Assembly (NCBI GenBank): GCA_963700145.1
Contig: OY969474.1
Coordinates: forward strand, 1,408,001 to 1,472,000
DNA: 64,000 bases
DNA from: an uncultured Acidobacteriota bacterium
GTDB taxonomy: Bacteria; Acidobacteriota; Thermoanaerobaculia; Multivoradales; UBA5704
Direction of reading: 5' to 3'
Below, piece by piece: positions 48,601 to 57,801 of this stretch. The notes under the pieces are model-generated. The model did no database searches. It was not told where the DNA came from and was given only the letters and a program-made list of their open reading frames with translations. Position numbers and translations under genes: made by a program. Every line of letters begins with the position of its first letter. Positions within the stretch are counted from its first letter, which is position 1.

Positions 48601-49593
48601 CTAGCGCGGCACCGGCACCTGCTCGAAGATCTGCCGCAGCAGGTCGGGCAGGTCGGCCCCCTCCATCTCGGCTTCCGGGTTGAGGGTCACGCGGTGGGCG
48701 AGCACCGGCCCCGCCATCTCCTTGACGTCGTCGGGGCTGACGAAGTCGCGCTCGCGCAGCAAGGCCAAGGCACGGCTGCTCTCGAGGAGAGCGAGCGAGC
48801 CGCGCGGGCCGGCGCCGATCTCCACCCAGTCGTGGGTGCGCGTCGCGGCGACGACTTGGAGCATGTAGGCGCGCAGGCTCTCGTCCACTCGCACCCAGCC
48901 GGGCAGCCCGCGCCGGCAGGCCAGCAGCTCCGCCGGCCCGAGCACCGGCGCCAGCTCGCGCACGCCCTCTTCCAGCAGGCGCACGCCGCCGGCGTAGGCG
49001 GCGAGCATCGCGGCCTCGGCCTCGGCGGCCGGGTAGTCGAGCGCGATCTTGAGCAGGAAGCGGTCGCGCTGCGCCTCGGGGAGCGGGTAGGTGCCCTCGA
49101 ACTCGACCGGGTTCTGGGTGGCGAAGACGGTGAAGATCGGCGACACCTCGCGGCGCACGCCGTCGAGGGTGACGGCGCTCTCCTGCATCGCCTCGAGCAG
49201 CGCCGCCTGGGTGCGCGGCGGCGTGCGGTTGATCTCGTCGGCGAGCAGCACGTCGGTGAAGATCGGCCCGGCGCGGAACTCGAACTCCTGCGTCTTCTGG
49301 TTGTAGATGTTGGTGCCCAGCAAGTCCGCCGGCATCAGGTCGGGCGTGAACTGGATGCGGCGGAAGCGGCAGTCGAGGAGGCGCGCCATCGCCAGGGCGA
49401 GGAGCGTCTTGCCGGTCCCCGGCACGCCTTCGAGCAACGCGTGGCCACCGGCCAGCAGGCAGACCAGCATCTGCTCCTTGACCCGCTCCTGGCCGAGGAC
49501 CACGCGGTCCAGCGCCTCGCGCAGCGTCCGCCACCTCGCCGCCACGTCCGCGGCGCTCAGCGCGGCCCGCGGCCCGGTGCTCGTCTCAACCAT
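48601..49593 (-). CDS. moxR: MoxR-family AAA+ ATPase
   Basis: EGVPGTGKT, RIQFTPDLMPAD, DEINRT and ATQNPVE motifs. Confidence 0.95.
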   Translation of the reverse strand: MVETSTGPRAALSAADVAARWRTLREALDRVVLGQERVKEQMLVCLLAGGHALLEGVPGTGKTLLALAMARLLDCRFRRIQFTPDLMPADLLGTNIYNQKTQEFEFRAGPIFTDVLLADEINRTPPRTQAALLEAMQESAVTLDGVRREVSPIFTVFATQNPVEFEGTYPLPEAQRDRFLLKIALDYPAAEAEAAMLAAYAGGVRLLEEGVRELAPVLGPAELLACRRGLPGWVRVDESLRAYMLQVVAATRTHDWVEIGAGPRGSLALLESSRALALLRERDFVSPDDVKEMAGPVLAHRVTLNPEAEMEGADLPDLLRQIFEQVPVPR

Positions 49594-50758
49594 GCTCCAC
49601 CCCCTCGAAGGCCCGGTTCAGGCGCTCCAGCCCGTCCTTGAACTCCCACGGCTTCAGGTCCGCCGCATGCTTCCCTTCCCCGCCCGGCGCCGCGGGCTGC
49701 CCGGCGTCGCCGGCGAGTGCGGCCACCCGCGCCTCCAGCGCCGCGCCGCGCAGGCCGGTGCGCAGGGCCACCGCGCCGGCGAGCGCCCGCCGGTAGAGCG
49801 CCAGCGACTCGCGCCGCGACAGCGCCCGCGCGTAGAGCTGCGCCAGCGAGTCGACGAGGTCCACCGCCTCGCGCCGGCGGTCGGGAGGCTCCGGCTCCGG
49901 CGGCCCCAGCCGCGCCCGGCCGCGCCAGAAGGCGGCGAGCGCCGCGAGGGCGGCGAGGCCGAGCGCCGGCCCCAGCCCCCAGCCGAGGAGGAGCGCGCGC
50001 ACGCCCCGCTCCTGCCCGAGGGCGTGCGCCCGCTCGTCGAAGTAGACCGGCCGGCCGCTCTCGGCCAGCGCTTCGAGGAGCCGAAGGTGGTCGGCGCGGC
50101 CGAGGTGCGCGTTCTCGAAGACCTCCGGCGCGGCGAGGGCGATCAGCTCGCCGCGGCCGACGCTCCGCCGGCTCGCCACCGCCTCCCCGCCGAGCGCGAA
50201 GAGCGCGTGCCCGAGGGGCAGCCCGGGCGCCGCCAGCACCCGCGCCGCCGGCGGCCGCAGGCGCTCGACCGCGGGCCAGAGCGGGAAGACCTTGCGCACC
50301 GCGCGCCCCGGCGGCGGCTCGGCCTCCGCCTTCGGCTTCGTCCTCGCCGTCGAGCGCACGCCGAGGGCGCCGTAGGGCGCAGCCACCGCCAGCACCAGGC
50401 GGCCGCCGCTCGCCAGCCACTCCTCCTCCTCGGCGCCGAGCAGGCCGGCAAGGGCCGCGCCGCGCGCCGGCCGCTCCTCGGCGAAGGGCGCGGCGACGTC
50501 GGGCGGCAGCAGCGGCCGGACGCGGAAGACGACGGCATCCGGCTCGACGCTGCGCAGGTCGAGCGGGCGGTGGAGCGTCGAGGCGGCGCGCCGCCGCACG
50601 AGATAGCCGTAGGCCAGCGACAGCCCGTCGTCGGCGGCGCTGTAGACCGAGCCCGGCGGGAAGGCCTGCCGCGCCGTCCGCTCCGGCGCCACCAGGAGCC
50701 AGGCGCCGCCGAAAAAGAGCACCGCGGCGAGCGCGACCGGCAGCCACCGCCCCCTCAC
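49586..50758 (-). CDS. DUF4350-like membrane protein
   Basis: GTG 50758; SVYSA..DG, WLASGGRLVLA, FENAHL, YFDE, RARLGP; position in the MoxR cluster. Confidence 0.75.
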   Translation of the reverse strand: MRGRWLPVALAAVLFFGGAWLLVAPERTARQAFPPGSVYSAADDGLSLAYGYLVRRRAASTLHRPLDLRSVEPDAVVFRVRPLLPPDVAAPFAEERPARGAALAGLLGAEEEEWLASGGRLVLAVAAPYGALGVRSTARTKPKAEAEPPPGRAVRKVFPLWPAVERLRPPAARVLAAPGLPLGHALFALGGEAVASRRSVGRGELIALAAPEVFENAHLGRADHLRLLEALAESGRPVYFDERAHALGQERGVRALLLGWGLGPALGLAALAALAAFWRGRARLGPPEPEPPDRRREAVDLVDSLAQLYARALSRRESLALYRRALAGAVALRTGLRGAALEARVAALAGDAGQPAAPGGEGKHAADLKPWEFKDGLERLNRAFEGVEHG

Positions 50759-51789
50759 GCCGCCTCCCGCCGCCGCAGGCCTTCGAGCACCCGGTCCGCC
50801 TCCTCGCTCGCCCGCCGGTAGTCCGCCTCGGCGCTCTCGTTGCGGCCGTACCACTCCTCCTCGAAGCTGCGGGTGAGGCGGATGAAGTCGCCGCGCCAGG
50901 GCAGGGCCGGGGAGAGGGCGGCGACGTACTCCCAGTTGGTGCGCCCCTTCCGGTAGTGCAGCCAGCCGCCGGCGAAGAGCGCCACCAGCACGCCGTGGAA
51001 GCGGGCGCGGACCGCCTCGCGGAAGCGGCCGGCCGCCGCCAGCTCGGCGGCGCGCTCCTCCCACTCGCCGCCGCGGCGCGACAGCGGATCGGCGTCGGCG
51101 GCCAGCTCGAACGACGTGGGCGCGGCGGCGAACTCGGTCCGCGCGCGCCGGCCGCGGCGGAGGAAGAGGACGAGGGCGAGGAGCGCCGCGATGACGGCGA
51201 GCGCGCCGACCAGGTAACTGACCAGACGCGCGTCAAGGGCGCCGCCGCCGGCGGCGGCCGAGCGCGGGGCGCGGCGGGAGAGCCAGTCGAGAAGGGCGCG
51301 CAGCAGGCGGCCGAGCCAGCGGCCGAAGCGCTCCCCCGCCGCGTCCAGCCGCTCGCGCACGGAGCGGAAGAAGCCCGGCTCCTCGACGGCGAGCTCCGGC
51401 ACCTCGCCCCCCGCGGCCGGCATCGCCGCGGCGCGGTCACGCTGCAGGCGGGCGAGGAGCGCGGCGTCGGGAGCGGAGAGGGGCGCCGTGGCGCCCGCCG
51501 CGCCGTCCAGCGCCGCGAGCAGCCGCTCGACCGCCGCCGCGGCGCGCCGCGCCTCGTCCGGCGTCCGCGCCGCGCGCACGCGCTCGAGGAGGGAGGTGTC
51601 GGGGTAGAAGGTGCCCGCGGGGGAGGAGAAGACCGCGCCGCGCAGACCGTCCGCGGCCTGCTGCGCGGCGGCGGCGTCGCCAGAGCGCAAGGAGGCGGCG
51701 ATTCGAGTGAGGGCTTGGCCGTAGTCGTCGACTCCTTGCGCCTGGCCGGCGCTCACGGCCGGAATCAGAAAGAACAAGAGCCATGTCAT
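50755..51789 (-). CDS. DUF4129 domain protein
   Basis: AAAGRFREAVR, GRTNWEY and FEEEWYG motifs. Likely start MTWLLFFL at 51789; alternative start 51948. Confidence 0.78.
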   Translation of the reverse strand: MTWLLFFLIPAVSAGQAQGVDDYGQALTRIAASLRSGDAAAAQQAADGLRGAVFSSPAGTFYPDTSLLERVRAARTPDEARRAAAAVERLLAALDGAAGATAPLSAPDAALLARLQRDRAAAMPAAGGEVPELAVEEPGFFRSVRERLDAAGERFGRWLGRLLRALLDWLSRRAPRSAAAGGGALDARLVSYLVGALAVIAALLALVLFLRRGRRARTEFAAAPTSFELAADADPLSRRGGEWEERAAELAAAGRFREAVRARFHGVLVALFAGGWLHYRKGRTNWEYVAALSPALPWRGDFIRLTRSFEEEWYGRNESAEADYRRASEEADRVLEGLRRREAA

Positions 51790-51941
51790 CCTGAGCGCAG
51801 CGAAGGATCTGGGGGCAGGGGCGTTCCAGCCAACCCCCCGCCCAGATCCTTGCGGCGCCCTGTGATGGGCGCCGCTACCCGAGAGGTCGCCTGCCGGAGC
51901 AGGCGCTGATCGGAGTACGGGTTCGCTCCGCTCAGGATGAC
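51784..51941. repeat. Compound REP-like element
   Basis: tgtcatcctgagcgcagcgaaggatctggggg (51784-51815), then an inverted copy split into cccagatcctt and tcgctccgctcaggatgac around a hairpin-rich insert. Confidence 0.8.
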
Positions 51942-52765
51942 GTCGCATAGTCGCTCGCCTGCAGCTCCGCCCACTGCCGGCGCAGGTCCTCGCCGCGGGT
52001 CCGCCCGCGCAGACGGCGGACGTAGACCACCAGGAACGCCAGCCAGTACGGCTCGACCAGGAGCCAGGCGCCGGCGGCGAGGAGGAGCAGGAAGGCGCGG
52101 CCTTCCAGGCCGAGCGCCGCCTTCCAGGGTGCCAGGCTCGTTCCGAAGGCGCCGTCAGCCAGGAGCAGGGCGAGCTGGACGAGGAAGAGGAGGTTCAACG
52201 CCGCCACCAGGAAGGCGGTCGAGAACAGGAACACCGACGCGATCAGCGTGCGCCCGGCGCGGCCGGCGGCGAGCACCGTGCCGAGCGGCGCGAAGAGCCC
52301 CGGCCGGCCGTAGAACGGCAGGCTCGCCGCCGCCAGGCCGCCGAGGGTCACCAGCACCGGCACCGCCACCCCCGTCACCGCCAGCGCGATGAAGAGAGCC
52401 TCCAGCACCAGCGCCACGTAGACGTAGACCAGCGTCGCCCCGAGCGGCACCGCCAGCGCCCGCCATCCCGGCGTGCGGCCGGAGGCGTAGCGCTCGCCGC
52501 AGGCCTGCGCGTAGACGGCGCGGCCGTAGAGCGCCAGGAGGAACGCCAGCCCGATCGCCCACGACAGCTCGCCGAACCAGTCGCCGTACTGGCGGGCGTC
52601 GGCTCCCAGCTCGATCAGGCGATCGGCGAAGGCGACCTGGAGGAGGCGGAGCGGCACGGCGGTGAGCCAGAGCACGCCCACCCAGGGGGCGGCGACGGCC
52701 GCGACGACCTCCTCCCCCTCGTCGCACAGCTCGGCGAGGCCGAGGCCGGCGGCCCGCGCCTTCAG
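51932..52765 (-). CDS. Integral membrane protein of the MoxR cluster
   Basis: Multiple TM segments; C-terminal RGRTRGEDL; probable CTG start overlapping the upstream stop (CTGA). Confidence 0.65.
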   Translation of the reverse strand: MKARAAGLGLAELCDEGEEVVAAVAAPWVGVLWLTAVPLRLLQVAFADRLIELGADARQYGDWFGELSWAIGLAFLLALYGRAVYAQACGERYASGRTPGWRALAVPLGATLVYVYVALVLEALFIALAVTGVAVPVLVTLGGLAAASLPFYGRPGLFAPLGTVLAAGRAGRTLIASVFLFSTAFLVAALNLLFLVQLALLLADGAFGTSLAPWKAALGLEGRAFLLLLAAGAWLLVEPYWLAFLVVYVRRLRGRTRGEDLRRQWAELQASDYATSS

Positions 52766-53031
52766 AAGAGCTCTCCGAAGTTGGCGGCCACCAGGACGCG
52801 CAGCTCGTTGGCGAGGACGAAGAGGAGGGCGGCCGCCAGCAGCATCGGCAGCCAGCCGAGGACGCGCCGCCGCTCCCGCCCGCCGGCGCGCCGCTTGCCG
52901 AGGCAGGGCGCGCAGTAGTGGATCCCCTCCCAGGGGGTCACGCACTCCTGGCAGAAGCGCTGCCCGCAGGCCATGCAGAGCGCCAGGGCAGGCCGCTGCG
53001 GATGGTTCGCGCAGACCTGGGGCTGCGGCAC
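52762..53031 (-). CDS. Small B-box-like zinc-finger membrane protein
   Basis: CANHP...CMAC...CQEC...CAPC followed by a TM segment. Confidence 0.7.
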   Translation of the reverse strand: MPQPQVCANHPQRPALALCMACGQRFCQECVTPWEGIHYCAPCLGKRRAGGRERRRVLGWLPMLLAAALLFVLANELRVLVAANFGELF

Positions 53032-53098
53032 GGATCGAGCGTACCACGCGCCCTTGATACGATCTGCGCCGACAACCGCGCGAGAGGAGGGCGATCGA

Positions 53099-53722
53099 AT
53101 GGAGCTCGTGGTGCGCTGCAAGAACCACCCCGAGGTGACCGAGGGCTGCGTGCGCTGCGCCCGCTGCGGCGACTGGGTGTGCCCCGACTGCCGGGTGGAG
53201 CTGGACGGCCGTCCCTACTGCGCCCAGTGCAAGACCGAGTACGTGCGCGACCTGCAGGCCGGCGTGGCGCCGCCCGGGAAGCTCGTCTACGCCTCGGTCT
53301 GGCGGCGCTTCTGCGCCCTCTTCCTCGACGGCCTGCTCTTCGGCATCCCGTACGGCATCTGGATGGTCTACATGATCGCCTCGGGGCAGATGGAGGACAG
53401 CGCCGAGCCCGACGTCATCGGGATCGTCGGCCTCATCCTCGTCATCCTCTGGGTCACCGTCGGGCAGGTGGTCTACGAGGGGGTGATGCTGTCGCGCGGC
53501 GGCCAGACGCTCGGCAAGCGCGCGATGAGCGTCAAGGTCGTCACCCCCGAGGGGCACGACCTCCGGCCCGGTCAGGCCTGGGGGCGCGCCGCGCTGCGCT
53601 TCCTGATCGCCGGATGCCTGTCGATCATCGACTACGTGCCGGCGCTCTTCACCGACGAGAAGACCACCCTGCACGACCTGGCGGCTAGGACGCGGGTGAT
53701 CGACGCGCCGGGCGTTCGCTAG
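53099..53722 (+). CDS. B-box-like zinc finger + RDD protein
   Basis: GAGGAGG RBS; CKNHP..CARC..CPDC..CAQC; YASVWRRF, GQTLGK and LHDLAARTRV motifs. Confidence 0.85.
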   Translation: MELVVRCKNHPEVTEGCVRCARCGDWVCPDCRVELDGRPYCAQCKTEYVRDLQAGVAPPGKLVYASVWRRFCALFLDGLLFGIPYGIWMVYMIASGQMEDSAEPDVIGIVGLILVILWVTVGQVVYEGVMLSRGGQTLGKRAMSVKVVTPEGHDLRPGQAWGRAALRFLIAGCLSIIDYVPALFTDEKTTLHDLAARTRVIDAPGVR

Positions 53723-53743
53723 GCGCGCCGCCGGAGGGCTCCC

Positions 53744-54373
53744 CTGCTCGACCTCTTCTCCGAGCGCCGCGGCACCGGGAGCCCGCCGTCGCGCCTGGAG
53801 CGGGCGGGGATCGGCTGTCCGCGCTGCCGGGTGGCGCTCGACCTCTCGCTCCTCGCCAGCGGTCCCCAGACTTGCGCCGCCTGCGGCACCCGCTTCGAGG
53901 CGGTCCTCTTCGACCCCCCCTTCGCCCGGACGACGGTCACTCGCCTGGGCGAGGCCGGGCCCGCCGCCGGCACCGCCTGCGCCAACCACGCCGGCAACCT
54001 GGCCACCGCCCACTGCGGCCGCTGCGGCCTCTTGATCTGCGACCTCTGCCGCATCGAGACCGAGGGCGTCGTCCTCTGCCCCGCCTGCTTCGCCCGCCTC
54101 ACCGCCGGCGACGCGCTGACCAGCACACGCAGCCGCTACACCGACCTGACCGGGGTCTCGTTCCTGATGAGTTTCATGGGGCTCCTGATCTGCTTCCTCG
54201 GCCCGCTGCTCGGGCCGGCGGCGGCCTGGTGCGCCGTTCGCTCCGCGCGCCAGCGGCGCCAGATGGGGGCGAGCCGCGCGGCGCCGGTGGCGGCGCTGAT
54301 CGTGGCGCTGCTGGTCACCGGCGTCGGGCTCTTCGTGGTCGGCGCCATGATCTACGGGATGGTCACCGCGTGA
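53744..54373 (+). CDS. Zinc-ribbon + B-box-like membrane protein
   Basis: CPRC..CAAC ribbon, then CANH..CGRC..CDLC..CPAC and C-terminal TMs. Probable CTG start at 53744 after GGAGG. Confidence 0.7.
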   Translation: MLDLFSERRGTGSPPSRLERAGIGCPRCRVALDLSLLASGPQTCAACGTRFEAVLFDPPFARTTVTRLGEAGPAAGTACANHAGNLATAHCGRCGLLICDLCRIETEGVVLCPACFARLTAGDALTSTRSRYTDLTGVSFLMSFMGLLICFLGPLLGPAAAWCAVRSARQRRQMGASRAAPVAALIVALLVTGVGLFVVGAMIYGMVTA

Positions 54374-54864
54374 CCGCTCCGCCGCGCCGCAAGCGGCTGA
54401 GCCGCGACGCCGACCTCGCCACGCGCTACCGCGTCTACGAGGTGCCCGGCGGCCTGGAGGTCGAGGAGCTCTCCTTCGTCGAGGCCAGCCGCCGGCGGGT
54501 CTTCTTCGACGAGGTGGTGCTGGTGACCTACCACCGCTACCGGCCGGTCGCCGCGATCGTCGTGGCCGCCGTCTTCGCGCTGCTCTTCGCCTTCTGCGCC
54601 GCCGTCCTGCTCGACCCGGCCGGGCTGCGGGTGGCGGCGGCCTTCGCGGCGCTCGGCGGGTTCTTCGCCCTCGTGCTCCTGGTGCTGCTGGTCAACCCGT
54701 ATCACGCGATCACCGTCTTCGGCCTGCGCAGCCGCGCCCGCATCGTGCGCCGCCTGAGCGGCCGGCGGGCGCGCGAGATCTACGCCCGCCTCTGCCGCGA
54801 GGTGGAGGCGGCGCAGCGCGCGGCGCGCGGCGGCGCGACGGCGGCCGCGGTGGAGGTGAGCTAG
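54370..54864 (+). CDS. Hypothetical membrane protein
   Basis: GTGA overlap; two TM segments. Confidence 0.7.
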   Translation: MTAPPRRKRLSRDADLATRYRVYEVPGGLEVEELSFVEASRRRVFFDEVVLVTYHRYRPVAAIVVAAVFALLFAFCAAVLLDPAGLRVAAAFAALGGFFALVLLVLLVNPYHAITVFGLRSRARIVRRLSGRRAREIYARLCREVEAAQRAARGGATAAAVEVS

Positions 54865-55251
54865 ATGGAACGCGCCGTGATGATCTACGCCACCGTCAAC
54901 CTGCTGGTCATCGGCCTCTCGCATCTGCTGCAGCCGCGAGCCTGGGCCGAGTTCTTCATCCTGCTGCGCGAGAAGGGAGCGCCGGGCGTCTTCGCGGTCG
55001 CGTTCCCGACCCTCATCTTCGGCTCGATCATCGTGGGGTTCCACCGCGTCTGGCACGGCATCCCCCTGGTGCTGACGCTCCTCGGCATCGCCCAGGTGGT
55101 GAAGGCCACCCTCTACTTCTGCTTCCCCCGCTACGGGATGAAAGGCCTGCAGCGCGTCTCGGTCGAGCGCGCCTGGGAGTTCCAGGTCGCCGCCGTCGCC
55201 CTCTTCGTCCTCTGCGGCCTCTTCCTCTACGAGCTGCTGCGCACGGGCTAG
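54865..55251 (+). CDS. Hypothetical membrane protein
   Basis: 128 aa; about four TM segments; GGAGG upstream. Confidence 0.75.
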   Translation: MERAVMIYATVNLLVIGLSHLLQPRAWAEFFILLREKGAPGVFAVAFPTLIFGSIIVGFHRVWHGIPLVLTLLGIAQVVKATLYFCFPRYGMKGLQRVSVERAWEFQVAAVALFVLCGLFLYELLRTG

Positions 55252-55254
55252 CCG

Positions 55255-57771
55255 CTACTCGTAGCGCAGCGCCTGCATCGGATCGACCTGCGAGGCACGG
55301 TGGGCCGGAAGGAGGCCGGCGCCCAAGGCGACGGCGGCGAGGAGGCCCGCCGCGGTGCCGAAGACGACCGGGTCGGTGCCTTCGAGCTGGTAGAGCAGCG
55401 ACTGCGCGAGCCGTCCCAGGCCGACCGCCGCCGCTAGTCCGATCACGCCGCCGATCGCCGTCATCTTGGCGACCTGCCGCAGCACCATGCCGCGCACGCG
55501 GCCGCCGTCGGCGCCGAGCGCCATGCGCACGCCGATCTCGCGCGTCCGCTGCGCCACGGTGTAGGCGAGGACGCCGTAGAGGCCCACCGCGGCGAGCAGT
55601 GTCGCCAGGACCGCGAAGGCCGCCGACAGCACGCTGATCATGCGGTCCTCGGCGACGTTCTCGCGTACCTGCTGCGGCAGGGTCTTGAGCTCCTCGACCG
55701 GGAGGTTGGGGTCCAGCCGGGCGACGACGCCGTTGACCGCCGGCAGGACGCGCTCGGGGTCGCCGCTCGTGCGCAGGTAGAAGTTGAGGAAGCCGAGGCT
55801 CTCGCTCTGCTGGTAGGGGTAGAAGAACTGCGGCGGCACCTCCTGCTTGACCTCGCTGTACTTGGCGTCGGCGACCAGGCCGACGATCTGGACGTCGAGC
55901 TCGGTCTCCTCCTCGTTCTCCTCGCTCATGAGCTTGCCGACCGCCTCGCGCCCGAGGTTGAACTTCTTGGCGAAGGCCTGGTTGACGACCGCCACCCGCG
56001 GTCTGCCGAGCGTGTCGGCGCGGGTGAACTCGCGGCCGGCGAGGAGCGGCACGCCCAACGTGCGGAAGTACCCCGGGCCGATGCGGTTGAAGTTGGCGTT
56101 GTCGTCGGTGTCCGGGCCGGACTCGAAGCCCTGCACCCTGACGTCGGTACCCCAGTTGCTGCCGGCGAGGAGGGGGATCATGCCGGCGGTGACGCCGGTG
56201 ACGCCGGGCACCGCCGCCAGCTCGTCCTCGAGGCGCTGGAAGAGCGCCCGCGACCGCTCGGGGGTGTAGCCGTTGAGCTCGGGCGAGACGGCGAAGGTGA
56301 CGACGCTCTCGGTCTGGATGCCGAGGTCCACGCGGGTGACGTTGAAGAGGCTGCGGGTGAAGAGGCCGGCGGCGACGAGCAGCGCCATCGACAGCGCGAT
56401 CTGCGCCGTCGCCAGGGTCATGCGGAAGCGCGACGCCCCGCGCGAGGTGCCCTTGCGGCCCGCCTCGTCTTTCAATGCCGAGACGAGGTTGGGGCGCGTG
56501 CTGTGGAGCGCCGGGAAGAGGCCGAAGAGGAGCCCGGTGCCGAGCGCCAGGGCGCCGGCGAAGAAGAAGACGCCGCGGTCGACGCCGAACCCGACGCCTT
56601 CCATCGCCTCGGCGGGCAGGAGCGAGCCGATGAGGGCGAGCGTCCAGCGCGCGACGAGGACGCCGAGCGCGCCGCCGAGCAGGGCGAGCACCACCGCCTC
56701 GAGCAGCAGCTGGGTCACCAGCTGCCGGCGGCTGGCGCCGATCGAGAGGCGCACCGCCATCTCGCCGGCGCGCGCGGCGCCGCGCACCAGGAGGAGGTTG
56801 GCGACGTTGGCGCAGGCGATGAGCAGGACGAAGCCGGTGACGCTGAGCAGCAGCAGGAGCGGCGTGCGCGCCTCGCCGTGCAGCGAGCTCTGCCCGCGGT
56901 AGCCCGGCTCGAAGGTCAGCTCGCGAGTGCGGAAGCGGGCCATCGTCTGGTCGCTCATGTCCTCCTGGAGCGGCGCCTCGACCTCGTTGAGGATGGCGCG
57001 GTACGGCACGTCGAGCGCCGCCTTCGCCTGCTCGGCCGAGACGCCCGGCCGCAGGCGTGCGAAGACGTAGGCCCAGTACGCGCGCCGGCTCTCGAAGCCG
57101 TTCTCCTCGGGGGTCACGAACCCCGGCTCCATCAGGCCGCGCATGGTCAGCGGCACGAAGACCTGCGGCCGCGAGCCGAGCGTCGTCCCCGCAAAGCCGC
57201 GCGGCGCGACGCCGACGATCGTCATCGACTGCCCGTTGACGGTCAGGGCCTGGCCCAGCACGTCGGGGTCGGCGCCGAACCGGCTCCGCCAGTAGGGCTC
57301 GGAGAGGACGACGACGAAGTGGCCGCCGATCGTGCGGTCTTCGCCGGGGTCGAGGAGGCGCCCCAGCGCCGGTTCGACGCCGAGCACCGGGAAGTAGCTG
57401 CCCGAGACCAGCACGCCGTCGCCGTTGGCGGTCTGGCCGCGGTAGGCCAGGTTGGCGGAGAAGATGCGGTGCGCCGCGATGCCGGTGAAGACCTTCTGCA
57501 CGCGCTCGAGGTCTTTGAGCATCGGGAAGCTGAAGACCAGGTCGCAGTCGCCGGCCTGGTTGCAGGACGTCCAGCCCGGCTTGGGGCCGGGTGCCGCGAG
57601 GTTGACCAGCTCCTCCGGATGCGGCACGGGCAGCGGCCGCAGCAGCAGCCGGTCGAAGAGCGAGAAGATCGCGGCGTTGGCGCCGATGCCGAGCGCCAGC
57701 GAGACGATCGCGACGGCGGTGATGAAGGGGCTGCGGAAGAGCGTACGGAGGGCCAGGCGGACGTCGACCAT
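55255..57771 (-). CDS. ABC transporter permease, duplicated MacB/FtsX (ADOP-type)
   Basis: ALGIGANAAIFS, LLIACANVANLLL and QRTREIGVRMALGA motifs; ends DPMQALRYE. Confidence 0.95.
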   Translation of the reverse strand: MVDVRLALRTLFRSPFITAVAIVSLALGIGANAAIFSLFDRLLLRPLPVPHPEELVNLAAPGPKPGWTSCNQAGDCDLVFSFPMLKDLERVQKVFTGIAAHRIFSANLAYRGQTANGDGVLVSGSYFPVLGVEPALGRLLDPGEDRTIGGHFVVVLSEPYWRSRFGADPDVLGQALTVNGQSMTIVGVAPRGFAGTTLGSRPQVFVPLTMRGLMEPGFVTPEENGFESRRAYWAYVFARLRPGVSAEQAKAALDVPYRAILNEVEAPLQEDMSDQTMARFRTRELTFEPGYRGQSSLHGEARTPLLLLLSVTGFVLLIACANVANLLLVRGAARAGEMAVRLSIGASRRQLVTQLLLEAVVLALLGGALGVLVARWTLALIGSLLPAEAMEGVGFGVDRGVFFFAGALALGTGLLFGLFPALHSTRPNLVSALKDEAGRKGTSRGASRFRMTLATAQIALSMALLVAAGLFTRSLFNVTRVDLGIQTESVVTFAVSPELNGYTPERSRALFQRLEDELAAVPGVTGVTAGMIPLLAGSNWGTDVRVQGFESGPDTDDNANFNRIGPGYFRTLGVPLLAGREFTRADTLGRPRVAVVNQAFAKKFNLGREAVGKLMSEENEEETELDVQIVGLVADAKYSEVKQEVPPQFFYPYQQSESLGFLNFYLRTSGDPERVLPAVNGVVARLDPNLPVEELKTLPQQVRENVAEDRMISVLSAAFAVLATLLAAVGLYGVLAYTVAQRTREIGVRMALGADGGRVRGMVLRQVAKMTAIGGVIGLAAAVGLGRLAQSLLYQLEGTDPVVFGTAAGLLAAVALGAGLLPAHRASQVDPMQALRYE

Positions 57772-57801
57772 GATGGCGAAGACTATGGCAACCGCGGCGC
57801 C

